Shown here piece by piece: positions 19,617 through 28,802 of a DNA stretch of 64,000 bases. Each line of letters begins with the position of its first letter. Position 1 is the stretch's first letter. The position numbers and the translations under genes are program-made. Under the pieces are notes generated by a model, which saw nothing but the letters and a program-made list of their open reading frames with translations, did not search any database and was not told the DNA's origin. Source of the DNA: Anaerolineae bacterium (lineage in GTDB: Bacteria > Chloroflexota > Anaerolineae > Epilineales > Epilineaceae); assembly GCA_038913135.1 (NCBI GenBank), contig JBCLES010000005.1, positions 12,216-76,215 on the forward strand, read 5' to 3'.

Positions 19617-20478
19617 ATTCGTAATACCCTCGGCCAGACTTCCGGCCCAATCGGCCGCTTTCGACCATCATTCGCTGGATCGGATGCGGCCTGAAACGAG
19701 GTTCCCCGAAGAACCCTTCGAAGACCGAGCGCGCCGCCGCATAGTTGATATCGATGCCGATCAGGTCCATCAGCTGGAAGGGCCCCATTGGGAAACCGGC
19801 ATCGCGAACCACCCGATCGATGGTATCGACCCCTGCAACCCCGTCGCCGAACAAGCGCAGCGCTTCACCGTAGAATGGGCGCGCGACGCGGTTCACAACA
19901 AAGCCCGGAGTGTCTTTGACCTCGACGGGCGTTTTGCCCCAGGCCTTGGCGATGCCGATGACCGCAGCGACGACTTCAGGGTCACTCTCAGGGCCGCGGA
20001 CGACTTCGACAAGCGCCATGAGGGGTGCGGGGTTGAAGAAATGCATGCCGCAAACTCGGCCCGGGTGGTTCAGCCCGCCGGCGATCGCACCGACGGAAAG
20101 AGTAGAAGTGTTGGTAGCCAGTAGCGCTTCGTCGTCGACGATAGTTTCCAGTTCTGCGAAGAGCTTCCGCTTCAAGTCGATCACTTCGGGAGCGGCTTCG
20201 ATCACCAAGCCACACCCACCGAAAGCAGCCAGATCGGTGCTGGTAGTGATTCGCGCATGCGCCGCGCTGGCGGCGGCGCTCTCCATCCGCCCCTTCTCCG
20301 CTGCGCGGCTGAGGAATGCGCCGATGCTATCGTGCGCCTTGGCCACGGCACTTGGGTCGATGTCGTAGAGAACGGTGGGATGACCGGCGACCGCTGCCAC
20401 CTGGGCGATCCCAGCGCCCATGGTTCCCGAGCCGACTACTCCGACCTCGAGAGCATCGCCCGGGGTGAAGCGCTTCAT
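19603..20478 (-). CDS. hbd: 3-hydroxybutyryl-CoA dehydrogenase
   Basis: VGVVGSGTMGAGIAQV Rossmann motif, NTSTLSV, HFFNPAPLM, PGFVVNR, MGPFQLMDLIGID. Confidence 0.92.
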   Translation of the reverse strand: MKRFTPGDALEVGVVGSGTMGAGIAQVAAVAGHPTVLYDIDPSAVAKAHDSIGAFLSRAAEKGRMESAAASAAHARITTSTDLAAFGGCGLVIEAAPEVIDLKRKLFAELETIVDDEALLATNTSTLSVGAIAGGLNHPGRVCGMHFFNPAPLMALVEVVRGPESDPEVVAAVIGIAKAWGKTPVEVKDTPGFVVNRVARPFYGEALRLFGDGVAGVDTIDRVVRDAGFPMGPFQLMDLIGIDINYAAARSVFEGFFGEPRFRPHPIQRMMVESGRLGRKSGRGYYEYGDG

Positions 20479-21233
20479 CGACCGCTGAATCGGGGTGGAC
20501 GCTTTTCGAGAAATGCCGCTATGCCCTCTCGATGATCCTCGGTCCCGCCGGCGATCTCCTGCAGCATAGCCTCGTATGCCAACGATTCGTCCAATCCCAT
20601 GCCCAAAGCGCGATTCATCGCGCGCTTGGTAAGGCCGAGGGCTTTGGTCGGCGCCGCCGCGAGCGACGCCGCGAGTTCTGCGACGGCGCCATCGAAGGCC
20701 TCGGCTTCGACTACCCGATTGACCATACCTGCGTCGAGCGCCTCGGAGGCCGTCAGTCGCCCGCCCGTAGCGTAGAGTTCATATGCGCGGGCGAAGCCGA
20801 GCATGCGCGGAAGAAACCAGGTCGAACCGCTGTCGGGAACGAGGCCGACGCCGGCGAACGCCATCACGAACGACGCCTTCTCACTTGCTATCCGGATGTC
20901 GCAAGCCAGCGCGACGCTGGCCCCAGCGCCGGCTGCCACCCCGTTGACGGCTCCGATCACGGGCTTCTCAATCGATCTGAGCGAGCTGATGATCCGATTG
21001 TAGGTGGTCTCGAGGTGCTCGCGGAAGGACATCCCGCCGCCCTCTTCTTCGCTTCGAGCGCGGATGGCGCTCAGGTCCTGACCGGCGCTGAAAGCTCTTC
21101 CTGCGCCTGTGATCACGATGCAGCGAGCGTCTCCATCGCGGCTCGCCGCCTTGAGCGCGGCGGAGAATTGCTCCAGCATCTCGTCGTTGAAGGCGTTGAG
21201 CGTATCAGGCCGATTGAGCGTGATCGTCGCCAC
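20475..21233 (-). CDS. enoyl-CoA hydratase/isomerase family protein (5' end uncertain)
   Basis: ITLNRPDTLNAF..VITGAGRAFSAGQDL..AVNGVAAGAG crotonase fold. The family-typical N-terminal residues (IRYELADG) are encoded upstream of GTG 21233 but without a canonical start codon. Confidence 0.85.
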   Translation of the reverse strand: MATITLNRPDTLNAFNDEMLEQFSAALKAASRDGDARCIVITGAGRAFSAGQDLSAIRARSEEEGGGMSFREHLETTYNRIISSLRSIEKPVIGAVNGVAAGAGASVALACDIRIASEKASFVMAFAGVGLVPDSGSTWFLPRMLGFARAYELYATGGRLTASEALDAGMVNRVVEAEAFDGAVAELAASLAAAPTKALGLTKRAMNRALGMGLDESLAYEAMLQEIAGGTEDHREGIAAFLEKRPPRFSGR

Positions 21234-21401
21234 CCCGTCGGCAAGCTCGTATCGGATGGTGTCGTTGATGGCTCGAGCCTCCTCGGGTCACGGGAACAAC
21301 TGGTGTTGCTCCGGCCGCGGGCCCGGATTCTAGCATGCTGCCGAAGGGCCGTCACGCACTCGCCGGCCCTTGAATTAGAAAACTGTAGGCGGTGGCGACG
21401 C

Positions 21402-22175
21402 TCAGCGTCCAGTCCACTCCGGAGGCCGCTTCTCGATGAAGGCGCGCATGCCCTCGCGCTGATCTTCGGTCGCGAAGAGTAGGTAAAAATTCCGGCGCTC
21501 GGTCAATAAGCCGCGGTCGAGATAATCGTCTACTACGGCGTTGACGGCCTGCTTCGCAAGCCTAACGGCGATCCTGGGCTTGGAAGCAATCTCTCGCGCC
21601 AGTGTCTGCGCCTCGTGGAGATATGTCTCGACGGGCACGACTCGGTTGACCAAGCCGGCGGATAGGGCTTCCGCGGCTGTAATCGGCCGGCCGGTGAGTA
21701 CGATCTCCATCGCGCGCGCCTTACCTAGCGCTTGGGTGAGCCTCTGGGTGCCGCCCGCACCCGGCATGACGCCGATGTTGATTTCCGGTTGTCCGAATCG
21801 CGCCGTTTCGGAGGCGATGATCATGTCGCACATCATCGCGGTTTCACAGCCGCCTCCCAGCGCCCATCCGCTAACCGCGGCGATCACCGGCTTCGAGATC
21901 TTTCGGATCCTGTCCCATGTTGCGAACATGTCACGCTCGATCTGATCGACCACCGTGGACTCGGCCATCGCGCCGATGTCGGCGCCGGCTGCGAAGGCAC
22001 GCTCATCGCCGGTCACTACTATCGCGCCAACCGAATCATCGGCATCGAGCGCCTCGAGCGCCTCGACGAGCCGGCCGATCAGCGCCGGGCTCAACGCATT
22101 CAACTTGTCTGGGCGATTGAAGCGAATGGTCGCGATCGGGGCGTCGACGTCCACGATCACAAGGTCGGTCTCCAT
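21402..22175 (-). CDS. enoyl-CoA hydratase (crotonase)
   Basis: IRFNRPDKLNAL..VVTGDERAFAAGADI..AVSGWALGGGCE..FGQPEINIGVMPGAGGTQRL. Confidence 0.92.
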   Translation of the reverse strand: METDLVIVDVDAPIATIRFNRPDKLNALSPALIGRLVEALEALDADDSVGAIVVTGDERAFAAGADIGAMAESTVVDQIERDMFATWDRIRKISKPVIAAVSGWALGGGCETAMMCDMIIASETARFGQPEINIGVMPGAGGTQRLTQALGKARAMEIVLTGRPITAAEALSAGLVNRVVPVETYLHEAQTLAREIASKPRIAVRLAKQAVNAVVDDYLDRGLLTERRNFYLLFATEDQREGMRAFIEKRPPEWTGR

Positions 22176-22223
22176 CCGGATCCGTCTCCTGGCGCGGGGT
22201 GGGTGCTTTGCGATTGTGCTAAT

Positions 22224-22517
22224 CTAGAACTTGGCGGGCAGTGACCCAAGCGCCCGGGCGATCGGCCCTGCGAACACGGTCAATATCGCTCCGGTCGTGA
22301 ATCCGATGCCGAAGGTGATGAGTAGATCATCGGGATCGGTCTTGAACGAATCCGACACTCGCCCGGCTATTCCCGTGGCAGCCGCGATCGAGGCCAAGTT
22401 GGTGATAGGGGGCCCGACGAGAGCTTCGCCGTCGATGGCCGTCCGGCCGCGCATCAGGATCCGGCCGGTTATAACGCCGCTGAGACATCCGATTCCGAGG
22501 ATCAAATTGCGCTTCAT
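22224..22517 (-). CDS. small membrane protein, hypothetical
   Basis: 97-aa ORF with hydrophobic segments (ILGIGCLSGVITG; ITFGIGFTTGAILTVFAGPIA). Occupies an otherwise unassigned gap. Confidence 0.4.
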   Translation of the reverse strand: MKRNLILGIGCLSGVITGRILMRGRTAIDGEALVGPPITNLASIAAATGIAGRVSDSFKTDPDDLLITFGIGFTTGAILTVFAGPIARALGSLPAKF

Positions 22518-22530
22518 TCACGGAAGTCCT

Positions 22531-23925
22531 TTGGCCAAGAGCCTGCCGGAAGTCGTCAGAAGATCGATTATCGCCGTCGCAGCCCCGACGGGTCAAGGCG
22601 AGCGTCGTGGGGGATACCGCGGCGAGTTCGTCGTCGCGGTCGCGCTCTCGTGCGGCATTGTCTTGGGAGTCGCGGGTTGCGCCACGGATACGGATCGAGA
22701 CGCTACGCCACCTGACCAAGCGCTTCTTCAGCCCGCGGCGGGCAGGGCGATCGAGATCGAAGAATCCGGCGATGGGACTATGGCGGCAAGTTCTCCTTCG
22801 AAGGCGGCGTCGATTGCAGGCATCCGAGCCAGCGCGACCACCGTGCGTCCGACTCAGCCAACTTTCACACCCGGGGCAAGTGCGACGGACCTGGCCGTCG
22901 CGAAGGCCGAGCCGAGCGCGACGCCGACACTGAGAGCAACTCCGGTTCAAGCAGCAGCTCGCGCCACTCCATCCGGATCAAACCACATGATCCCCGGCGT
23001 CCTGCATACGTGGCAGAAGTGGAACAATTGCGGCCCATCGTCGCTCATGATGGCCCTCTCGGCCTTCGGCAACGTGCTCGATCAGCTCGAAATCGCGGCA
23101 GTTCTCAAGCCGGATCGCGAGGACACCAACGTCTCACCGGAAGAGCTGGCGGACTTTGTTCATGGGCAGGGGTTGAAGGCGATCGTGCGCCCGAATGGCG
23201 ACGCCGACATAGCCCGAGCGCTGGTCGCGGCAGGTATTCCAGTCATCGCGGAACAGTGGATCGACGTAGATGGGCGCGGTGAAATGGGCCACTATCGCGT
23301 CCTCGTCGGATACGACAATCGTACGGGCGAAGTTGTCGCGATGGACAGTTACTACGGTGCAAACCGGCGCCTGCCGTACGCTGTGCTCGAATCGGAGTGG
23401 CGGCCGTTCTCCGGGGTCTACGTAGCCGTTTACGACGAAACGCAGGCAGCGGCCCTAGCGTCGGCGATCGGCGGCGATATCGATGAGCGTGCAGCGTGGG
23501 CCCGCGCCGCCGAACGTGCGCTGGCGTGGACGGGCGCCAGTCCTGAAGACGTGTGGTCTTGGTTCGTGCTGGGCGAGGCCCGATCGCGCATCGGTGACGC
23601 TGCCGGCTCGGTCGAAGCTTTCGAGCGCGCCAACGCGATCGGCTTGCCGGTGCGCGCGTATTGGTACCAATTCGGCTTCGCGCTCGCGCTTCACAGCCTT
23701 GGCGAATACGAACGCCTGATCGCCCATGCCGACGCCACCATCGCAACCATGCAGGGCGAAAACCTTGAGGAGTGGCATACCTGGCGCGGTTTGGCGCTCG
23801 CGGGACTCGGACGTACGGACGAGGCGCGCGCATCCTTCGAACGGGCGCTCGCGTTCAACCCGAACCATGCAGCGGCTCAGAGAGCGCTCTTAGAGATAGG
23901 AGCCGTAGCTCCTGAGGGCGGATGA
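22531..23925 (+). CDS. lipoprotein with peptidase C39-like domain and TPR repeats
   Basis: Lipobox LGVAGC after the basic n-region. QKWNNCGPSSLMMAL (Cys) ...GHYRVLVGYD (His) gives a C39-like papain-fold pattern. C-terminal TPR-like repeats. The first in-frame start clear of the minus-strand gene is TTG 22531. Confidence 0.6.
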   Translation: MAKSLPEVVRRSIIAVAAPTGQGERRGGYRGEFVVAVALSCGIVLGVAGCATDTDRDATPPDQALLQPAAGRAIEIEESGDGTMAASSPSKAASIAGIRASATTVRPTQPTFTPGASATDLAVAKAEPSATPTLRATPVQAAARATPSGSNHMIPGVLHTWQKWNNCGPSSLMMALSAFGNVLDQLEIAAVLKPDREDTNVSPEELADFVHGQGLKAIVRPNGDADIARALVAAGIPVIAEQWIDVDGRGEMGHYRVLVGYDNRTGEVVAMDSYYGANRRLPYAVLESEWRPFSGVYVAVYDETQAAALASAIGGDIDERAAWARAAERALAWTGASPEDVWSWFVLGEARSRIGDAAGSVEAFERANAIGLPVRAYWYQFGFALALHSLGEYERLIAHADATIATMQGENLEEWHTWRGLALAGLGRTDEARASFERALAFNPNHAAAQRALLEIGAVAPEGG

Positions 23926-24959
23926 CGTCTTCGCCCCTCTCTGAGGGGTGGCGCCTTAGCGGCTTCGACCTCGAGTGGCCGACCGATTGGAGCCGACGTT
24001 TCGGGACAGAGCGACCGATCATCCTCGAGATCGGCTTTGGCCGAGGCGAATTCCTCCTGCACCTGGCGCGCACGTTTCCTTTGGCGGGCATCGTCGGCGT
24101 AGAGGTGTCGAACCACTCGCTCGACGCGATGGAGCGCCGGCTGGTGCGCGGTGCCGCGGACAACGTCCGCGTGGTCCATGCTGAAGCGGAGATGGCGCTT
24201 CACCATCTATTCGCGCCGGAAGGGCTCGCGGCCATCCACATCAACTTTCCGGATCCGTGGTTCAAGAAACGCCATCAGCGGCGCCGGGTGATGCAACGCG
24301 ACACGCTAGACGCGATGGTCAGCCGGCTTGTCTGTGGCGGCCACCTGACTTTGGCGACCGACATCCGGGACTACGCGGTGTTTGCCGCTGAGCTATTGGA
24401 TGCGACGCCGGGACTCGACAACCGGCTCGGATCGGCGTGGACGCATTCGATCGCCGGTCGGTCGCCGACCAAATACGAGCGGCGTGGGCTAGCGGCCGGC
24501 CGGCTAGGACACTATTTCTCCTATCGACGCAATGCTGAGCCGGCGCCCGACGTGCCGGTCGCTGAGGAGTTGGATATGCCGCACATCGGATTCGAAGGAT
24601 CGATCGATCTGGACGCCGTCGTCTCGCGCTTCGAGCCGTTCGAATTCGAGCACGGCGGGACACACGCAAGTGTGCTGGGTGCGTATCGCGGTCGCCGATC
24701 GGTGCTGTTCGAAGTCTTCGTCCACGAGCCGACCATTGCCCAGCGCGTCGCGATCGGGCTGCGCACGCTCGACGATGGTCGGGCCACGCTCGGCCTTTCC
24801 CGGATCGGTCTCGTGCGACCGACGCCCGGAGTTCATCTGGCCGTCGCGCGGCTCTCCGAATGGCTTACCGCGACGGTGCCGGGCGTGAAAATCGCCGAAG
24901 ATCGGGTCTCGGTTGCGCGCGACGCTAGGCCAAACGCTGCCGACCTAGATTTGGCCTGA
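23922..24959 (+). CDS. trmB: tRNA (guanine-N7)-methyltransferase TrmB with ~120-aa C-terminal extension
   Basis: ILEIGFGRGEFLLHLA..GVEV....INFPDPWFKKRHQRRR core. 345 aa, longer than typical. ATGA overlap with the upstream gene. Confidence 0.85.
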   Translation: MTSSPLSEGWRLSGFDLEWPTDWSRRFGTERPIILEIGFGRGEFLLHLARTFPLAGIVGVEVSNHSLDAMERRLVRGAADNVRVVHAEAEMALHHLFAPEGLAAIHINFPDPWFKKRHQRRRVMQRDTLDAMVSRLVCGGHLTLATDIRDYAVFAAELLDATPGLDNRLGSAWTHSIAGRSPTKYERRGLAAGRLGHYFSYRRNAEPAPDVPVAEELDMPHIGFEGSIDLDAVVSRFEPFEFEHGGTHASVLGAYRGRRSVLFEVFVHEPTIAQRVAIGLRTLDDGRATLGLSRIGLVRPTPGVHLAVARLSEWLTATVPGVKIAEDRVSVARDARPNAADLDLA

Positions 24960-25314
24960 ATGGAGCGACGGACGAGTCTGCCGGAGAGAAAATGACGGTT
25001 ACGGCGCCGGGCAACCGACCGAGTGCTGGCTAATCTCATACGGTGGGCAGTTTACCGGCGCGCCGTTCTTTGACATATATTGCACGGATTGCGACTCATG
25101 AGGAGCGCTGGCGGGTGACATCTTGATGCGCAGAAGCGAACGCCTGACTCAACATGCGGTGCGCGCCACGCCTTACAGAGCGCAACGGCGCACTCATGCA
25201 GGACGAGGCGGGCACGGCTCCTCGCCGCTTCAAGTCGCTTTATCGGGGGCCAAAATGAAATTTAGGGATGGTCGGGAGCAGCGCAGCCTCTCCAGCCGCC
25301 GGAGCAGCACCGCA

Positions 25315-26550
25315 ATGCGGAAGGAAGGGGATAGGTCACGTAAGGCGTTGCGCGCAGTTGTTGCGCTGGTACCTTTCTTCGTGCTCACCAGCTCCGAAGT
25401 GCGGGCGGATGAGCCCACCATTGAAGTCGTTGAGTCCTGGTTCGCGGGGGATGGCCATATTGTGCACGTGGCTGCAGTGATTCGGAACAGCGGGCCTGGT
25501 TACGTCGGGAATCTCATGAGCCGCGTCCGGCTGTCTCGCGCGGGCGAGGTGTACTTCGAAATGGATAGCGAGCCGATCAAGACGGTGCTCGCACCGGGTG
25601 AGGAGACGGTCGTTGCGGATTTCGGGCCCATGTGGAGGGCCCCTGACGACTGGGAGCATCCTCCAGACGTCGTGGAATTCTTGATCGAGGGAGACAATGT
25701 ACGACAAGAGGATTACCCGTATGCTCAAGATCCTGAAGTGATCAGCGTCGAAATGCTTCCTGAAGTTGAAACCCGCTTCGCCTCCCGCTTCGTTCGGCTG
25801 AGCGGCGAACTCCGCAACAACAGTAACGTAACATATCGGTCTGGATATCCACGCGCCGGGCGCGCGGAGGCAGTCAAGGCTGTCATTGTTCTTTACGGTG
25901 ACGGCAGGATCGTGGGAGCCGAGCGCCTGGAGACAATCGGTGGGCATTTGGAATCGGGCTCGTCACTCTTATTCGACGATGGAGCAATATCGACAGGTAT
26001 GCCTGACACGAGTCGAATCTTCACGGCTGCGGAGCCCCTTGAGTACGATTCACTCCCGCTGAGGCTGTCGGTGCGGCGCGTCCGCTGGGGTGTCGAAATG
26101 ATCGACGAATGTGGACTCGAGACGCCGCCATGCCGAAGGCTCGTGGTTGAGGTAGATATATCCAACGACTCGGACGTTGATGCGGAGATCGATACGCTCG
26201 TCGGGCTTCGACTACAACGTGGAAGGGTGTGGACAGGAGTAGCGTGTCCGATCATGCTCGTCAAGAGCGGCGACACTACCTCTTGCAGGATTCGCCTGTC
26301 GGGCTGGTGGCCTTCGGGAACTGTTCTCGTGCGCGCAATGCCAAGCATTGATGACATCGAATTCGTATCCATACACACAGCTTCTTGGGCGACAACTCGA
26401 GACCCCGCGCACGCATCGATGGGCCAGAAAGGGCTAACCTGTTATCGACCACAACGCGTCAGAACGCCGCACGTCAAGGGCGCGTACGCAGTGTTCCTCC
26501 CCTTTGTTCAGGCCTCTGCACCACTTTTCTGTACGAGTGTCATAGATTGA
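25315..26550 (+). CDS. secreted hypothetical protein (orphan)
   Basis: Signal-like MRKEGDRSRKALRAVVALVPFFVLTSSEVRA/DEP. No recognisable domain. The start could also be 25255 or 25123. The region looks lower in GC than its flanks. Confidence 0.5.
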   Translation: MRKEGDRSRKALRAVVALVPFFVLTSSEVRADEPTIEVVESWFAGDGHIVHVAAVIRNSGPGYVGNLMSRVRLSRAGEVYFEMDSEPIKTVLAPGEETVVADFGPMWRAPDDWEHPPDVVEFLIEGDNVRQEDYPYAQDPEVISVEMLPEVETRFASRFVRLSGELRNNSNVTYRSGYPRAGRAEAVKAVIVLYGDGRIVGAERLETIGGHLESGSSLLFDDGAISTGMPDTSRIFTAAEPLEYDSLPLRLSVRRVRWGVEMIDECGLETPPCRRLVVEVDISNDSDVDAEIDTLVGLRLQRGRVWTGVACPIMLVKSGDTTSCRIRLSGWWPSGTVLVRAMPSIDDIEFVSIHTASWATTRDPAHASMGQKGLTCYRPQRVRTPHVKGAYAVFLPFVQASAPLFCTSVID

Positions 26551-26837
26551 TGGCCCATGGGGCCGGATCCTCCCTTGGGAGCAGCACAGGCGCGCACCCG
26601 TCGAGTGGGCCGAGCCTCGGCCGTCCCCTTCGTCACCTTCTCCAGCAGCGCTGGTAGAAGTCTCCTTCAAATACCCGGCGCCATTTCCCTCAACGGTCGT
26701 CGCATCGCCGCGATCGCCCTCAATCAACATGATCCGTATGCCCGCTCGATCACGTCTGGCCTCCAGCCCGGCATCACGACCACTCAATTGCTGTTCTACT
26801 TGGGCAAAACTTAGGTACCGACGCCGGGCCGAATACT

Positions 26838-28556
26838 TCAATCAGTTGAGCCGTCGGGTCCATCGCCTCGCCCGGCCAGGTGCCTCTTGACGCGCCCCTT
26901 CACGCCCTTGATTGCCCCGATGCTGGAGCGTATCGCCATTCGGGTGAGCGAGCGCGCGAACGAAATCGCCTCGAGATCGACGATCTGCGCTACAAGCAGG
27001 TAGAGGGATCCGCCGACCACGCCGCCGATCGCGAGCCGCGCAACCCCATCGCCGAAGACGCCGCCCGGGACCGGAAGCGACAGGGGGAGGCGCGCGATGA
27101 CCAAGGTCATCCCTGCGAGCATAATCCCGCCGGCCAAGCCGGCGCGCCACGCGGTCGCCCAGAGTGCCCGACCGCCTAGGCGCCCCAGCCTGCGGTGCAG
27201 GATCATCAGCGCGATGACGAGTTCGAAAGTGATCGCGATCGAGTTGGCGAGCGCGAGCCCCGCCACGGCGAGCGGACCCACGAGCGCATAGGCTAGTGCG
27301 ATGTTCACGATCATCGTCGCCACGCCGATGAAGAGCGGTGTGAGCGTGTCCTTCTGCGCATAGAACATCCGCGCTACGACTTCGAATGTGACGTGTCCGA
27401 CAAGGCCGAGCGCGAACATCTGGAGTGCCACGCGCGTGGCCTCGGCCGCCTCGACGTCGAAACGACCCGTCTGGAGCAGAACCGCGATCACCGGGCCGGC
27501 GAGTGCCCAAAGCGCTATGGAGGCCGGGACCGTGAGAGCGATCATCACGCGCAGCGCCGTGCCCGCCGTATCGCGCAAGGCTGCACGATCGCCGCGGGCT
27601 GCGAGTTCCGCAAGCGTCGGAAACACGACTGTCGCGATTGCTGTTCCCAAGACAGTCTGCGGCATCTGAGCGATCACCCAGGCGTAGTTCAGCGCTGCGA
27701 CCGAACCCGCCTCGATCTGGCTAGCCAAGCGCGTGTTCACGACGAGAACGGAGAACCACACCGTGCCAAGGCTGATGATCCGAGGCCACATCAGCCCGAT
27801 GACCTGCCTCACGCCGGGATCGCCCAAGCTCAATATCGGATGCCAGCGGTATCCTCGCCGTAGGAGCGAAGGCACCTTCACGACGAGATGGCCTATCGCA
27901 CCGAGGACGACCCCCCACGCCAGACCGCGTACACCTAATGTCGGCGCCAAGAACAGCGCGCCGAACAGGATGCCGCCGTTGTAGACGATCGGTGCGATCG
28001 CAGGCGTCAGGAAATGCTGGAAGGCGTTGAGCATCCCCATCTGGATGCCGGACGCGGCGAATATCACCGTGCTTCCAAGGATGATCCGCATCAGGGTCGC
28101 CGTCAGAGCATGCTGCTCGTGAGTGAAACCAGGTGCGATGATCGGCGCGATGATCGGGGCGGCGATCGCCGCGGCAGCGGCGAGCACCGCGGTCACTACG
28201 AGCGCGAGGTTCGTCACGGCGCTTGCCAGTCGCCACGGTCCAACGTCGTCTTCGTCATCGTTCAACGCGCCCGCGAACACGGGCAGGAAGGCGGTCACAA
28301 GCGCGCCGCCCGCGATCAACATGAATAGAAGATCCGGTACTTTAAATGCCGCGAGATAAGCCTCGTACTCAGCCGAAACGCCGAAGCGATGCGATATCGC
28401 TCGCTCGCGAAGCAGTCCTACGACTTTTGAAGCGACGAAGGCGGCCATCACAAGAACCGAAGAACGTGTCATGTGGGCGCCGCGGGCGGTGGCATCCTTG
28501 CGCTCAGCTGTGCTCTGCGCGCCGGCGCCACGTCCGCGATTCGTGCTGTGGGACAT
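26838..28556 (-). CDS. murJ: lipid II flippase MurJ (MviN family), copy 1
   Basis: SKVVGLLRERAISHRFGVSAEYEAYLAAFKVPDLLFMLIAGGALVTAFLPVF plus about 14 TM segments. Start set at ATG 28556 (GAGG 8 nt upstream). Confidence 0.85.
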   Translation of the reverse strand: MSHSTNRGRGAGAQSTAERKDATARGAHMTRSSVLVMAAFVASKVVGLLRERAISHRFGVSAEYEAYLAAFKVPDLLFMLIAGGALVTAFLPVFAGALNDDEDDVGPWRLASAVTNLALVVTAVLAAAAAIAAPIIAPIIAPGFTHEQHALTATLMRIILGSTVIFAASGIQMGMLNAFQHFLTPAIAPIVYNGGILFGALFLAPTLGVRGLAWGVVLGAIGHLVVKVPSLLRRGYRWHPILSLGDPGVRQVIGLMWPRIISLGTVWFSVLVVNTRLASQIEAGSVAALNYAWVIAQMPQTVLGTAIATVVFPTLAELAARGDRAALRDTAGTALRVMIALTVPASIALWALAGPVIAVLLQTGRFDVEAAEATRVALQMFALGLVGHVTFEVVARMFYAQKDTLTPLFIGVATMIVNIALAYALVGPLAVAGLALANSIAITFELVIALMILHRRLGRLGGRALWATAWRAGLAGGIMLAGMTLVIARLPLSLPVPGGVFGDGVARLAIGGVVGGSLYLLVAQIVDLEAISFARSLTRMAIRSSIGAIKGVKGRVKRHLAGRGDGPDGSTD

Positions 28557-28802
28557 TTCAACGACCTCGCTACAGGACCGGGCCCTTGTGATGGGGCAGA
28601 GTTTCGAACGGCGCGGCATGGTACGGGTGAGCGATCGGGTGGGCAACGAAATCAAATTTTCAAGCGAACACGCATGCTTGGACCGACTCGACGCGGAGGG
28701 GCGTGAACTGCGCGATCCCTTGACCGGGTTCGGGCGCGGGTGCTACGTTCTTAATCGCCGCCGACCGCCTGGTTCGGCGCAGCTTGCGCAGGAGTAGGAA
28801 CG

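Noticed and set aside
20532-21482. 316-aa plus-strand ORF
   Set aside because: Antisense to the enoyl-CoA hydratase gene, which has clear crotonase motifs. No motifs of its own.
26434-26841. 135-aa minus-strand ORF, plus the 85-90-aa plus-strand ORFs at 26385-26814
   Set aside because: They overlap each other and the end of the orphan secreted-protein gene, have no RBS or motif support, and have odd composition. Left as an unassigned region rather than called as genes.
28656-28802. Possible SAM/sulfur-responsive riboswitch or T-box in the 5' region of the CBS-type gene
   Set aside because: I could not find SAM-I/II/IV core motifs or a T-box specifier/antiterminator pattern. Only short palindromes are present (CAAGC..GCTTG, GCGCA..TGCGC). 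The region is also the divergent murJ promoter region.
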